DNA from: Eledone cirrhosa
Lineage: Eukaryota
Assembly: GCA_964016885.1 (NCBI GenBank)
Contig: OZ024740.1
Span: forward strand, 404,364,001-404,428,000
Length of the DNA stretch: 64,000 nt
Direction of reading: 5' to 3'
The position numbers were made by a program, and so were the translations under genes. The number at the start of each line of letters is the position of its first letter. The stretch's first letter is position 1. Of the stretch, positions 1 through 15,703 are shown piece after piece. The notes under the pieces are model-generated. The model was not told the DNA's origin. It saw only the letters and a list, made by a program, of their open reading frames with translations, and ran no database searches.

Positions 1-3000
1 ACGGCCCTTTCGGGTCAATGCGGCCGGACTTCTTCCATCGTCTGGAGACTTTTCTAGGGACGTCCCGCTCCTGGCTATTAGTGGGGGACTGGAATGGTAT
101 CCTAGATGCACGTTGGGACTACGTAGGGGCCTGTCCCGATAGAGAGGAGTGTAATAGACTCAAAGGGTTAATCGGTCGATTTGACCTGGCCGATAGATAT
201 CGACTAGATTTTCCGACTGCGCCAACCTGGACTTGGGCAAACCGCAGCGGATCATCTAGGTCGTACCTAGATAGGTTCTTAGTTAGAAATAAGGATAAGG
301 ACTTTTTAAGTTCTCCAAAAATGCTCATGGTTGGCTATTCAGACCACAAGTTAGTGACCTGCATGGTCAACCTTGACAGAACGCATAGACAGGGACCCGG
401 TTACTGGAAGCTCAACTTGTCCTTACCGGCAAGTAAGGCTTACAGGGACTGGATTAGCACTTTAGTTAAGGAGAGGTTGACAGGCGCCATCGTCAACAGC
501 AGGTGGTGGGGATCTCTCAAAAGAGAGATTAGAGTAGTCTCTATAGAATTTAGTAAGGAGTTAGCCTCAAATAGAAATAGGAAGGAAAGGGAGTTGGTAG
601 ATAGTGTAGAAGAGGCAATTAGAAGCGGCGACGTGGCCAGAGTGCTAGCGTCGAGAACGGCCCTGGGCCAGTTCTTCGACGCGAAACACGAAGGCTGCAT
701 CGTCCGAAGCAAAATACGTGCTCTGAGAAACGAGGGGACCAAAGCTGTTAGCTGGACCCATGTGACAGAAGCCAAAAGAGGGAGTAGATCCACTATCCGG
801 TCTCTGCAAGACCAGGATGGACGGGTGATCCTTGAGCCTAAGCAGATGTGCGAGGCTTTTCAAAAGCACTTTGCCAGATTGTTAGGAAGGGGCGGGGAGC
901 CGGTTGGGGAAGTGGACTTCGGTCCATACCTCGACGGCCTGCCGCGTCTCTCGGACAGAGAGGCGAAGTCCTGCGAGGAGCCGATTTCAGCTGCTGAGAT
1001 AGAGGACGTGCTGAGCCAATGCGGCAAACGCAAATCCCCGGGTCTCGATGGTCTTCCATACGAACTATATCTAGCTATGCCGGACTTGTTCCCCGATCTC
1101 CTCGAGGCGGTCTACTGCAACTGGCAACAGAACGGCAGAATTCCCTGTGCTGTGACCAAGGGCGTAGTCACGCTAGTGAGGAAGGACGAGAACAAGGGGG
1201 ACGATATAAATAATTTCAGGCCCATAACTCTGCTAAATACAGAGTTAGAGATTTTGGCCAAGGTGCTAGCAAAGAGATTGGCGCTTGTCGTGGGAAACCT
1301 GGTGGGAGATGAGCATACATGTGCTATCCCGTCCAGGTCCATCCACGACAACCTCCACCTCATGCGATACATCATAAGAGAGGGTTGGGAACGAACCCGG
1401 CTTTGGTGGGGCCCTGATCAAATTGGATCAATCTAAGGCGTTCGATAGGGTCGACCATGGTTACCTGGATGCGGTACTAGCGGCGGCAGGCTTTGGATCC
1501 GTTTTCAGGGGCTGGATCAATGCCATGCACAGCAGCCGCATCTGCTCTAGGATCAAGGTGAACGGCTACATCTCGAAGCCGTTCGAAATCGCGCGGTCCA
1601 TCCGACAAGGGTGCCGTCTCTCCTCCCTTCTGTATGTAGTGACTCTAGAGCCACTGCTGCGGAAGTTGGAGTTGTTGCAGGGCATCCCGTTGGAACCGGG
1701 ATTGCGGAAAGCGGTGTCGGTCTACGCCGATGACGTAACAGTAATGGTGTCGACGGCCTCGGAAATCGGGGCGATCGGCACCTTACTTGAGGAGTACGAA
1801 AGGTTTACAGGGGCTAAGCAGAACCGGGACAAGTTGATCGGTCTGCAACTCGGTGAGTGGAGGAGCAGATCGATGCCCTCCGATGGCGTCGTCGGGCGCT
1901 GGACGGAGGGCCTGGTGAAGTTGCTCGGGGTCTGGTTCGGACCAGACATCCAGGTGGAGAAGAACTGGGGTGAGGTAATGAACAGAGTGTTTGAACTGAC
2001 CCAGAAGTGGGCCGAGTGCAAACTGTCCCTGAAAGGTCGGGCAGAAGTGGCGAACACTTATATAGCGTCCGTTATCTACTACCGCCTTACCGTTGTGCCT
2101 TGCCCAAGGGAAACGCTCACCAAAATGGAGCGCGCACTCTTCCAATTCCTTTGGAAGAAGCGGGCTCCTATGGTGAGGAGATCCATCTGCTGTCAACACC
2201 CTTCGAAAGGAGGGCTGGGGATGTTGTGGCTAATGATACGAAAACACGCACGGTGTGGGCCCCGTTTGTGAGGCGAGCCTTTCCCAGACTCGTCTCGCTC
2301 ACCGAGCTGCAATCCTCGGTCAAGCAAAGACCGAGAAAACTGGGCGCCTGGCACACCGAGTGTGCCCAGGCGCTCACGGCTCTCTGGCAGGCGGACCCAG
2401 CTGTCAATGGAGAATCCACCTCGTCATTCTATAGAGGGCTGGTGGTTAGCAGGTGCGACGACGCCCTCGGAGAAGCCCTGGGCATGGAGGAAGACGAACT
2501 GGCCAACCTCGGTAGGACATTCAGCCCGGGACCCATGGATAACTTCCAGAGGTCCCTGGCCTGGCAGTGCTACAGAGGGGCTCTGCCCGTTCGAGAAAGG
2601 CTCTACAGACACGGGCGCCCGGGTAGGGACCCCTCGAAAAAGATCTGTCCCAGATGCGTGTGAACGAGGAAACCGTTGCACACGCATTGGTACACTGCTC
2701 GGACATTGCCAATCTGTGGGGCTATGTCGAACAACTGCTGTCAAGGGTGGGACCAATCCGGTTGACCACCGAGTCTATTGTAACAATCAAGCCGCCTCCC
2801 CTCTTCAAAAATGAAGGAGAGGCGGTGTTTCTGTGCGTAATAGCCATGGCGAAAGAGGTTGTATGGTGGACGCATCTGAAAGGACTGAGGTCAGACACCT
2901 TTCTCTCTGGCCAACAACTGGTCCATTTCTTCCGATATCATTTCGGAAGAAGGATCAGGATGGAGAGAGAGATGCTGCACCCCAGCCGTTTTTATGAAAG

Positions 3001-3325
3001 ATTGGTGAAAGTGGTGAGAATGGCCTGTGTGAATGGGCCTTCATTCTACATCAAACTATAGGTGAGGAAGATGAAAGATCAAGGGAGCACCTCCTCTCTG
3101 TGCTCCTGAGGAGAAGGGTTGCACACTTTTTTTCGGGGGTGTGTGCGAGCCTCCAAGGTGCCTCCTCCCTATTGAGGATTTTGTTATTAAATTTATTTTT
3201 GTTATATTTTATTTTATTTTTATATCTTGTTATTGCCTCCTCCTTATTGAGGACGCCTTTTTATGTAAACTCCTCCCATTGTACTTGTCCCACTTTTTGA
3301 TGCCCTGGTGACAAATAAAAAGAAA
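1..3325 (+). mobile_element. L1/Tx1-like non-LTR retrotransposon ORF2 (APE endonuclease, RT, C-terminal CCHC), frameshifted, with 3' UTR
   Basis: Overlapping ORFs 18-1436, 1423-2271, 2007-2663 and 2654-3061 give APE motifs (LVGDWN, LDRFLV, SDHKLV, GYWKLN), RT motifs (KSPGLDGL, FRPITLLN, DQSKAFDRV, IRQGC, YADD) and CPRC..EETVAH..HC. AATAAA followed by an A-rich end near 3314-3325. Confidence 0.9.
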
Positions 3326-3328
3326 GTT

Positions 3329-3703
3329 ATTTATTTATCTATTATTTCTTCACAGGTGTCTTAACCGTATAGCCTTTTTTAAGTGTTTTTTTTGTGTGGT
3401 CGATTATACTAATTGGGAGAGGAAATTAAGTATATATCGATTAAATATATCGTCAACCATACACAATTAGGTATAAAATTAAAGTTAGAAGAAAAAATGC
3501 ATATATTTAATAATATATTTAATCGATTTGGATATGCTATTGAAATGCTGGGTAAACATTCTATGGCTGTTGATAGCGAATACATGGCTATCATTTATTT
3601 ATCTATTATTTCTTCACAGGTGTCTTTTAACCTTACAGCCTGGTTTAATTGGTTTTTTGTGTGGTTGATTATGCTAATTGGGAGAGGAAATTGAGTATAT
3701 ATC
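3329..3703. repeat. Imperfect direct repeat, ~110 bp block with ~264 bp period, AT-rich
   Basis: ATTTATTTATCTATTATTTCTTCACAGGTGTC...GGGAGAGGAAATT occurs at ~3329 and ~3593. Confidence 0.7.
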
Positions 3704-3762
3704 TTATCATATGATTCTAAGGACATAATTTATAGTATATATAGACATATACATATATATAT

Positions 3763-4196
3763 AAGACAATGTCACTGGACCGAGATCTTTGGCGCTACAC
3801 AGTAATACAGAAGACCCGCCTTGCCTAAGTACAAAGCGAAAACTACAGTCAGTAGGCACCTCTTAACAAAAAAATACACACCCGTCCCCCTACCCTCACC
3901 CCATCCGATGTAAAGTTATGTTGGTACCACAACATCCAGTCCGAAATAAATGAGGTCGTGTAGGTGTCACGACAAAAAAACACACAGTCCACGCTGTAAT
4001 GTGGCCGTGTAGGTAACACGGTAAAAACCTCCCAGTCCACACTGTAAACGTGGTTAGTGTTAGGAAGAGCATCCAGTCGTAGAAAACCCGCCAGACAGTC
4101 CTATACGAGCAAGACAACCAATCTTGCCTCAAGTGGGAAAATTCCCGTCCAAACCCATGCAAGCGTGGAAGATGGACGTTAAACGATGATGATGAT
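3763..4196 (+). mobile_element. RTE LINE 3' fragment (ORF end, 3' UTR, (GAT)n tail)
   Basis: Matches the 3' end of the longer RTE copies (AAGACAATGTCACTGGACCGAGA...GGACGTTAAACGATGATGAT). Confidence 0.85.
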
Positions 4197-4210
4197 ATAT
4201 ATATATATAT

Positions 4211-5128
4211 ATTAGCTAAGATCTTTCTATCCCTTATTACGAAGCATTTTCCCTCTACACATAAATATAGTAAAATTTTTACTAGAAATACTATTAAAAT
4301 TTCTTACTCTACGACTCCTAACCTTGCACATAACATCACAGCTTCAAATTTAGCTAAACTACCTAGCCGTAGGAACACGTGCAACCCTGTAGTTAGTACT
4401 AACTGTAATTGTAGGAATCGGGTTGATTGCCCCCTATCCGGGAAATGCCTCTCTAGTAACATTGTCTACAAATGTAAGGTTGAAACACCCATGTCCCGTA
4501 AGGCCTACATAGGGTTAACCGCCAATAGATTCAAGCAGCGTCTTTACATGCATACCCATTCTTTTCGTTACTCTCTAAGAAGGAATATGACGTCACTTTC
4601 AGCTTATATCTGGAGTCTAAAAGACAACCACACCCAATATAATTTACACTGGGAGATCCTAGCTAGGGCTAGATCGTATAACGGAAATAAAAGACCATGT
4701 GACCTCTTTGCCATTGAGGGCCTGGAAATACTCTACGCTACAGACCACATCTTAAAAAATAAATCTGACGCAATTTCGTCTTGTAAACATAAATTGCACA
4801 AAACTTTCCTGTATTACAGCCCCACATTATACCCTAACGGATAGTACGATCTATGCGTGGATATTTTACGTCTTGAAGAGGTAGCAAAGTATATGTTAGG
4901 TTTATACCATTACTTATTTGCATAGGTAAGTATATATTACCCGTTTGTTTTGTGAAGCCAGGGAACATTTCCACGAACCAAAGTATCGTCTTCCTGTCTT
5001 CCTCCGGTTGCAACGTTTTTTTAAATATCCACTTCTGCGTTTACAGATTGACTTTGTTAGTTACAGAAGATCCCGTTAAGGGTGAAAGCAGCGATTCTTT
5101 GCTTAAAGTTTAATCTGTTATTTTAATA
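4211..5128 (+). mobile_element. Penelope-like element 3' fragment (CxCx5C linker, GIY-YIG endonuclease, downstream terminal sequence), probably Naiad-like
   Basis: FLSLITKHFP..IFTRNTIKISYS, CNCRNRVDCPL, NIVYKC, YIGLTANRFKQR..H, LHWEIL, CDL..E, KNKSD. ORF 4491-4844. Confidence 0.8.
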
Positions 5129-7265
<2,137 letters not shown>

Positions 7266-8782
7266 ATCATCATCATCATCATCATCAACGTTTAACGTCC
7301 GTGTTCCACGCTTGCATGGGTTTGGACGGGGGTAGTCCCACTTGAGGCAAGAGTGATTGTCTTGCTCGCATAGGACTGTCTGGCAGGTTTTCTACAGTTG
7401 GATGCCCTTCCTAACACCAACCACATTTACAGTGTGGGTCTGGGAGGTTTTTACCGTGTTGCCTACACGGCCACATTACAGCGTGGACTGTGTGTTTTTT
7501 TGTCGTGACACCTACACGATCTCATTTGTTTCGGCCTCGATGGCGCGGCACCAACATAACTTTACATAGAACGGGGTGGTGTGGATCGGGTGGGGGTGGT
7601 GGGACGGGGTGTATTTGTTAGAGATGCCTACTGGCTGGAGTAGGTTTTACTATATATTTAGGTAAGGCGGGTCTTCTCTGTTACTGAGTACCGCCAAAGG
7701 TCTCGGTCCAGTGACATTGTCTTGGAGAGGTGTAAGTGTGTGATGTCGGAGTTTATCAGCTCGTCCCAGGTTTTTCTAGGTCTGCCTATTCCGTGACTAC
7801 CGTCTATCTTTATTGCCCTGCACTTTGTTATACAGCTATCGACTTTCATGCGCATCACGTGTCCATACCAACGTAGCCTTCTCTCGAGTAAACAACATCT
7901 GATCCCTCTTATCTCTAATTTATTCCTTAGTTCGTTTATGCTTTGCCGTTCACGTATATTACTGTTACACATCCAGCGGAGCATGCAAGCTTCGTTCCTC
8001 TCTAGTCTGCGTATATCCTCTGCACACAATGCCCAGGTCTCACTGCCATGCAGCATTGCTGTTCGTATGCAGGCATCGTACAACCTGCCTTTCATTTTTA
8101 GTGAGAACCCTTTAGCAGCTAATAGTGGTATAAGCTCTCTGAACTTTTCCCAACCAGTTCTGACTCTAGCTACAGTACTTTCAGAGCACCCTCCCCCACT
8201 GCTGATTTTATCGCCCAGGTAACGGAAGCTGTCCACTATTTCTATAGAACCCTCTGCGCAATTGAAAGAGCTAGTAGTTTGTGGGCACTTGCTGCTACTT
8301 ATTGCACCAGAGCACCGGCCACATGTAAAATCTATGTTCTTAGTTAGCCTACCTGTGATCCCACTACATCTTTTATGCACCCATACTTTGCATTTAGGAC
8401 ATAAAATGGAGTTTCTACCTACGCCTTTCCTACACACCGAGCACGACCATTTCCCAGAAGGGACCGCCGCCTTGTTTTCTTTCCTACAAACTAGTACTTT
8501 GGTCTTAGCCAGGTTAATTTTAAGTCCTTTTGACTCTAGGCCGTGCTTCCATGTTTGGAATTTCTTCTCTAGCTCGGCCATTGATTCCGCTATGAGTGTC
8601 AGGTCGTCTGCGTATAGGAGTTCCCATGGGCAGCCTGTCTTGAACTCCTCTGTTATGGCCTGAAGGGCAATAATAAATAGTAGTGGACTGAGAACAGAGC
8701 CCTGATGGACGCCGACTTTTACGCTAAACTCTTCACTATATTCGTTGTTAATTCTAACCTTGCTGACTGTTTCTTTATACAT
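7266..8782 (-). mobile_element. RTE LINE, 5'-truncated (RT C-terminal half, 3' UTR, (GAT)n tail)
   Basis: Minus ORF ending at 7658 has [22 protein letters not shown]-like Cys cluster, [21 protein letters not shown]. (ATC)n at 7266. Confidence 0.92.
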
Positions 8783-8820
8783 ATATATATATATAATATA
8801 TATACATATATATATATATA

Positions 8821-8853
<33 letters not shown>

Positions 8854-8879
8854 ATATATATATATATACATATATATAC

Positions 8880-8911
<32 letters not shown>

Positions 8912-8939
8912 TATATATATATATACATATATATATATA

Positions 8940-9034
<95 letters not shown>

Positions 9035-9092
9035 ATATATATATATACATATATATATATATAATATATATATATACATATATATATATATA

Positions 9093-9123
<31 letters not shown>

Positions 9124-9142
9124 ACATATACATATATATATA

Positions 9143-9173
<31 letters not shown>

Positions 9174-9304
9174 ATATATATATATACATATATATATGTA
9201 TAATATATATATATATACATATATATATATATGTATAATATATATATATACATATATATATATATGTATAAATATATATATATACATATATATATATATG
9301 TATA

Positions 9305-9337
<33 letters not shown>

Positions 9338-9489
9338 ATATATATATACATATATATATATAATATATATATACATATATATATATATATACATACATAT
9401 ATATATATATACATATATATATATACATACATATATATATATACATACATACATATATATATACATACATATATATATATACATACATA

Positions 9490-9521
<32 letters not shown>

Positions 9522-9844
9522 CATATATACATACATACATATATACATACATACATATATATACATACATACATATATATATACATATATACATACATAC
9601 ATATATATACATACATACATATATATATATACATACATACATACATATATACATACATACATATATACATACATATATATATACATACATATATATATAC
9701 ATACATATATATATACATACATATATATATACATTCATATATATATACATACATACATATATATATACATACATACATATATACATACATATATATATAC
9801 ATACATATATATATACATACATATATATATACATACGTATATAT

Positions 9845-9875
<31 letters not shown>

Positions 9876-9945
9876 CAAACATATATATATACATACATAT
9901 ATATATATATATATACAAACATATATACATACATACATATATACA

Positions 9946-9979
<34 letters not shown>

Positions 9980-10016
9980 CATACATATATATATACATAC
10001 ATACATACATATATAT

Positions 10017-10059
<43 letters not shown>

Positions 10060-10187
10060 CATACATACATACATATATACATATATATATACATACATAC
10101 ATATATATATACATACATATATATATATATACATACATATATATATATATACATACATATATATATATATATACATACATATATATA
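8783..10187. repeat. (TA)n/(TACA)n compound microsatellite
   Basis: Direct reading. Confidence 0.97.
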
Positions 10188-10797
10188 TGGTGGCTGCCAA
10201 CTCGTTTTCGAGTACGGCCATGACTTTATATCCATGTAGGAGAACCCCTACCGATACGCTGAACGAGTGTGACTTTTTAGTCCAGCCAGCGACTTGAAAA
10301 CTCTGGTACAAACACTACACCTGTGACAATCATTGACACATAGTGCCGGGCCCATGGCACCATGTGACGACAAGTGCAGAGAGATCTCCAGATATAAAGC
10401 AATGCCTGTGCCGTGAAGCTTTTATAGTGAGGAAAAGCACTGCACAAAGCCAGTCCCACTCTCTTAACCAAGATGATATTTACCAAAAAGAAGAACAAGC
10501 CAACATCATTGGATACCATCAGGGTTGCAGGTGTTATATCAGAGTTTTCCTTCTCCTAGAATTCTGCCTTTACAAAGGCTAAGGGGTCATCTCTCCCGGT
10601 GATTTTGGATGGCCATTGACTCTTAAGAGGTCCTTTGTCCTTTGACAGGTTTTGTTTTTAGTCCTGCAGGATTTCCAAAGTCACCCTCCTCACCAAGAAA
10701 CCTTGGTGGGGTTGCCAGTTTAGTCGCCAACGACCCGACCATGAGACAGGTTGTACTGGGATACATGTTACCAGTAGCACCAACTGGTGACCTGACA
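10188..10797 (-). mobile_element. ~610-bp non-coding interspersed element, RTE-5'UTR-like or SINE-like (element X, copy 1)
   Basis: Second copy at 23329-23935. Minus strand contains TAGCCTTTGTAAAGGCAGAATTCTAGGAGAAGGAAAACTCTG, which resembles a motif I recall from RTE-family 5' regions. Many hairpins and no credible ORF. Confidence 0.45.
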
Positions 10798-11240
10798 TAA
10801 CATATATATATATACATACATATATATATACATACATATATATATACATACATATATATATACATACATATATATATACATACATACATATATATATACA
10901 TACATACATATATATATACATACATATATATATACATATATATATACATACATATATATATACATACATATATATATACATACATATATATATACATACA
11001 TATATATATACATACATATATATATACATACATATATATATACATACATATATATATACATACATATATATATACATACATATATATATACATACATATA
11101 TACATACATACAATGGCGACCGTTGTGGTCAGTGTCCGATAATTGGACGTGTGTAATTACGGCTTACATGAAGGCAACATACCATATATTGGAAAAAGTT
11201 GAGCTACATTACGCGGTAAGATTACATACAATAATTCTAC

Positions 11241-11560
11241 ATAAGTGTTTGAACTGTAAGTGTGTTGTAAAACACCTATTTATATGAACGATACATACAC
11301 TTATGATATATGAACGATACATACACTTTAACATATAAATGCAACGTTGTTATATTACATTTATAAAGAAATATAAAAGTAACGTTTTCGATTCAGAAAC
11401 AAAAATATAAGTGTTTGAACTGTGAATGTTGTGAATATGTTGTAGAACACCTATTTATATGAATGATACATAAACTTTAACATATAAATACAGCGTTGTT
11501 ATATTATATTACATTCGTAAAGGAATATACTAAGTAACGGTTCTTTTTGTTCTCGATTCA
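11241..11560 (+). repeat. Two imperfect ~166-bp tandem copies in the R4/Dong 5' UTR
   Basis: ATAAGTGTTTGAACTGT...ACACCTATTTATATGAA.GATACATA.ACTT...CGTTGTTATATTA at ~11241 and ~11407. Confidence 0.7.
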
Positions 11561-11744
11561 AACGATTCAAGAACAACGTTTAAAACACAGTTGTAGAATT
11601 AAAAACTAACTGAAAAGAAATATTACCCAAGCTGTGAATAACTTTAAATTTGATTCTGACAGAACTTTGTCGTAACTTTTAAAGAAGATCATCGACTATT
11701 AAAAAAAAATAAATACAAAATATTAGTGAATAGACGAACTCATC

Positions 11745-14700
11745 ATGGCAAAAAGTACAAGTCTCCTTCGACCAAATCGCAATTACAACCGTTGTATACA
11801 GTGGAGCTACGAGCTTAACAAAGAATTATATGAAGCATACAAACAATCTGAACCCCAAAAGTTCGGTTTTATGCAAAGGCTAAAAACTTTATGGAACTCC
11901 AAACACCCAGAATTAGACTTTTCTCCAAAGCATCTAAATGAACAGGCAAAACGTATCATTAGATGTAAATTGATACATCTAACAGAATCGAGTGATACTA
12001 CAAATACAGCCCTTGTAGACAACCACCCCACCTCCACTGACAGACAAAGAGAATGGCCGGCTAAATCTAACAGTGAACAGCTCACCAACAATTTTGCTGA
12101 AATCCATCCCACTTCCACTGAAGAACAGCGAGAAAGGTCAGCTGACTCTAGTAGTAATTGTCACCACATCAACAACGAGGCTGCAATTCATGACTCTACT
12201 GAACAAACAGAGCACCAAAAACTTGTGGGCACCCTACAAGTGATATGGAACGATATGTTTCAAGAGATACACAGCCTTAATGTGAGTGACAGACCATACA
12301 ACACTAGAGTCAGTAAAGAACCCACTAAATTGGAATTGGAAGCGGTGAACGAAATAGCTGGCAATTATCTGAAGGCTATACGATCTAAAGGTGTAGAAAC
12401 GACATTTGAAACGCTCAATGTTTTGTTATATGTTTCAGCTGTCACATTGCTATCATATAACACACATCTAAAACCACGCAATCAAGATACAAACAGAAAG
12501 CCTGAACCAGCGTGGATGCGAAATTTAAAAACCAAAATTTTGTCCCTGAGACGAAGTATCTCACACATCGCAGTCGTTATGAAATGCAACATAGAGAGAA
12601 ACTTCACACGACACCAGGAAGACCTAAAGAAAAAGTTAGAGAGACGATTTGGAGATACCAAATTTAAAACTTTGAACTCCAAATTACACCAGTTGAAACA
12701 ACAACTCACAGCTACAACAGAAAGACTAAAATATAAGTCAACAGCCCATAAACGACAAGTGCTAAATAGATTGTTTGCCAGAGATCCTAAATCAGTTTAT
12801 CGCAGCTTCGGTGGCAAAAGCTCAATCCCTGTAAACGACACCCCTTCAAAAGAACAGGTTGAGAACTACTGGAGATCTGTATGGGAAACGGATGACAGAT
12901 TCAACAGACAAGCTAATTGGCTAAAACAACTGGAACAGGACTACTGCCAACATGTCCAGACAAAACAATATGACATAGATGGGTCAATACTGGAAACAGC
13001 TCTACAGAAAATGTCGAATAGGAAATCGCCAGGCCCAGACCTCATTACAGGATACTGGTTGAAGAATTTCACTTTCTATCGGCAAGATCTCATACGGCTG
13101 TTTACAGAAACCATTAAGGGCACACAAGAACTGCCCAGATGGTTATCAACTGCCACTACTCTCCTCATTCCCAAAAATAGCCAAACCACCCTTGCTAAAA
13201 ATTACCGCCCAATTGCCTGCCAAAACATCATGTATAAATTATATACTGGGTGCCTTAACCTGTTCTTACAAGATCACTGTGCTACCAACAACATCATAAC
13301 ACCTGAGCAAGCTGGTGGAAAGAGGGAGGTGTGGGGTTGCATAGATCACCTACTAACTAACAAAATGATTCAGGAAAAAACAACAAAGAATCGCAGAAAC
13401 ATGACTGTCGTGTGGCTGGACTATCAAAAAGCATTTGATAGTGTACCTCATGGGTGGATTATTAAGGCTTTACAGTTAGCTAAAGTCCCACAACCATTAG
13501 TAGCTGCTGTTGAACGCCTGACCAAGAACTGGTACACCAATTTGATCCTTAGAGGTGAGAAGGAGCAGGTTAAGACTGATAGGATACATTACCAGAAGGG
13601 CATCTTTCAGGGTGATAGCTTGTCAGTGCTACTCTTCGTTCTCTCACTGAATCCACTATCTTACCTACTCAGGAAGCAAGGTGGACAAAGAAGTGGGCCC
13701 AGAAGTATCTCCCATCTTTTCTTTGTTGATGACCTGAAGTTGTATGGGCCAAATATCAATGACATCAAGAAACAATTGGACCTCATTACACAATTTTCAA
13801 CCGACATCAAAATGAAATTTGGTGAGTCCAAGTGTGCATATTTGGCAGTAAAACGTGGAAGAGCTGTGCCCTCCTCTAGAAATCTAGATATGAACGGCCT
13901 GACAATACAACCTCTGCAGTCAGGTGACAACTACAGATATCTTGGACAGGATGAGAATGTCAGATATGATGGACCCATAAATAAGGAGAGAACCAGAACT
14001 GAATACCTCAGAAGAGTAAAAAAAATATGGTCATCAGAACTGTCAGCATACAACAAATACATTGCCCACAATACCTATGCTGTGCCAATTATAACGCCAA
14101 CATTTGGCCTACTGAACTGGTCATTGCAAGAACTAAGTGAGATGGATGTTAGAACTCGTAAACTTCTCAGTGTTACTGGGAACTTTAACATCAATGGTGA
14201 TGTGGATAGGCTATACTTCTCACGCAAGGAAGGTGGCCGGGGTCTAAAATCAATATTAACAACATATGAAACCCGGATAGTAACACTGAAGCAACACCTT
14301 CAACAGAGGAAAAAGGTTGGCGACCATCTTGCTCAGGTTTATGAGCATGAAAAAAGAAATATCATTAGAATAGCGACTGATCTGGAGGAGAGATATGGAA
14401 TAAAGCCTGATATAAATCTCTCACCCAGAGAAATCGGAAGATCCTATTCAATGTTCAAACAAGAAAAAAAAATTGACCAATTTACAGAGAAAGTTGTGCA
14501 TGGATACTTGAGGCGTAAAACACAGACCATAGAGGGGATAAACCACTCAAAAAGCCTGGCATGGAGTTCCGACAAGTTTATGACATCACACCTTGAGGGA
14601 TATCTCTATGCAATACAGGAACAAGAACTCCCTACCAAATATCTGCTGCACAAAAGAGGAGGGCCAGCAGCTGACAATAAATGTAGGCTATGTAAAACAA

Positions 14701-15254
14701 AGATCGAGGATGTAAGCCACATTGTTGCCAGCTGCGAAAGAATGTCATCTCGCTACTACCTCCCCATGAGACACGATGGGATAGCTAGAACTATCTGGAA
14801 CGCACTTCGGAAAACAAAATTAACAACAAACGAGGAAGAATATATTGAGACAGATGGCACTAAGGAATACTGGTGGAACCTGAAAATAAAAACTGCCACC
14901 AAATTAAAGCACAACTGGCCTGATATTGTAGTTTGGGACCACACATTGAAAACGTGTTCTGTTGTGGAGATCAGCTGCCCACTTGATGTAAACGTTGTCA
15001 GAAAAATACAGGAGAAGGAGGACATCTACGGACCATTGATGAGGAGCTTACAAATCCAGTATCCAAGATACACCTTTAGCTTCATACCCATCATTATTGG
15101 TGCTACGGGTTATATACCAACCCGCTTGGACCAAAGTATGACCGAACTTGGATTTGCGGACAAAAAGCGCAGCTCCCTAATTCATAGTCTACAAATGGCT
15201 GCGATAGCTGGCACCTTCAAAATATGCAAAACATTCTTGCGATTCAAGGGATGA
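11745..15254 (+). CDS. Reverse transcriptase plus CCHC zinc knuckle plus PD-(D/E)xK restriction-like endonuclease (1169 aa)
   Basis: ATG-initiated uninterrupted ORF with [82 protein letters not shown]. Confidence 0.92.
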   Translation: MAKSTSLLRPNRNYNRCIQWSYELNKELYEAYKQSEPQKFGFMQRLKTLWNSKHPELDFSPKHLNEQAKRIIRCKLIHLTESSDTTNTALVDNHPTSTDRQREWPAKSNSEQLTNNFAEIHPTSTEEQRERSADSSSNCHHINNEAAIHDSTEQTEHQKLVGTLQVIWNDMFQEIHSLNVSDRPYNTRVSKEPTKLELEAVNEIAGNYLKAIRSKGVETTFETLNVLLYVSAVTLLSYNTHLKPRNQDTNRKPEPAWMRNLKTKILSLRRSISHIAVVMKCNIERNFTRHQEDLKKKLERRFGDTKFKTLNSKLHQLKQQLTATTERLKYKSTAHKRQVLNRLFARDPKSVYRSFGGKSSIPVNDTPSKEQVENYWRSVWETDDRFNRQANWLKQLEQDYCQHVQTKQYDIDGSILETALQKMSNRKSPGPDLITGYWLKNFTFYRQDLIRLFTETIKGTQELPRWLSTATTLLIPKNSQTTLAKNYRPIACQNIMYKLYTGCLNLFLQDHCATNNIITPEQAGGKREVWGCIDHLLTNKMIQEKTTKNRRNMTVVWLDYQKAFDSVPHGWIIKALQLAKVPQPLVAAVERLTKNWYTNLILRGEKEQVKTDRIHYQKGIFQGDSLSVLLFVLSLNPLSYLLRKQGGQRSGPRSISHLFFVDDLKLYGPNINDIKKQLDLITQFSTDIKMKFGESKCAYLAVKRGRAVPSSRNLDMNGLTIQPLQSGDNYRYLGQDENVRYDGPINKERTRTEYLRRVKKIWSSELSAYNKYIAHNTYAVPIITPTFGLLNWSLQELSEMDVRTRKLLSVTGNFNINGDVDRLYFSRKEGGRGLKSILTTYETRIVTLKQHLQQRKKVGDHLAQVYEHEKRNIIRIATDLEERYGIKPDINLSPREIGRSYSMFKQEKKIDQFTEKVVHGYLRRKTQTIEGINHSKSLAWSSDKFMTSHLEGYLYAIQEQELPTKYLLHKRGGPAADNKCRLCKTKIEDVSHIVASCERMSSRYYLPMRHDGIARTIWNALRKTKLTTNEEEYIETDGTKEYWWNLKIKTATKLKHNWPDIVVWDHTLKTCSVVEISCPLDVNVVRKIQEKEDIYGPLMRSLQIQYPRYTFSFIPIIIGATGYIPTRLDQSMTELGFADKKRSSLIHSLQMAAIAGTFKICKTFLRFKG

Positions 15255-15526
15255 CAATTTCTTTTCTTTTACAACCTTGCCACCAGGAAGGTGGCCGGTC
15301 AAAAAAAAAAAAGAAAGAAAAGAATATATATACATACATACATATATATATACATACATATATATATACATACATACATACATATATATATACATACATA
15401 TATATATACATATATATATACATACATATATATATACATATATATATACATACATATATAGACATATATATATATACATACATATATATATATATAGACA
15501 TATATATATATACATACATATATACA

Positions 15527-15679
15527 CTAAATGTGGTTGGTGTTAGGAAGGGCATCCAACTGTAGAAAACCCGCCAGACAGTCCTATGCGAGCAAGACAA
15601 CCACTCTTGCCTCAAGTGGGAAAACTCCCGTCCAAACCCATGCAAGCATGGAGCACAGACGTTAAACGATGATGATGAT
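15527..15679 (+). mobile_element. RTE 3'-terminal fragment with (GAT)n tail
   Basis: GGTTGGTGTTAGGAAGGGCATCC...GACGTTAAACGATGATGAT. Confidence 0.85.
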
Positions 15680-15703
15680 ATATATATATATATATATATA
15701 TAT

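Larger units (their letters stand above)
11112..15323 (+). mobile_element. Full-length R4/Dong-like non-LTR retrotransposon (RLE type) inserted in TA/TACA microsatellite
   Basis: ~630-bp 5' UTR, single intact ORF, short 3' UTR with hairpin GCCACC-AGGAA-GGTGGC, then an A-rich tail at 15301-15323. Microsatellite on both sides. Confidence 0.85.

Noticed and set aside
3340-3630. TATTTCTTCACAG|GTG as splice acceptors of a host gene
   Set aside because: Part of a local repeat. No exon with coding signal or donor site can be supported.
5058-5100. Hammerhead-like CAGAAGA-T-CCC-GTTAA-GGG-T-GAAAGC (also at ~21540) downstream of the PLE fragment
   Set aside because: U4 is replaced by A, there is no UH cleavage site and no convincing stem I. 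At best a decayed ribozyme.
10690-10795. HDV-like ribozyme on the minus strand of element X
   Set aside because: P2, P3 and P4-like pieces can be drawn, but no 6-7 bp P1 fits and L3 deviates from the UCCUCGY-type consensus.
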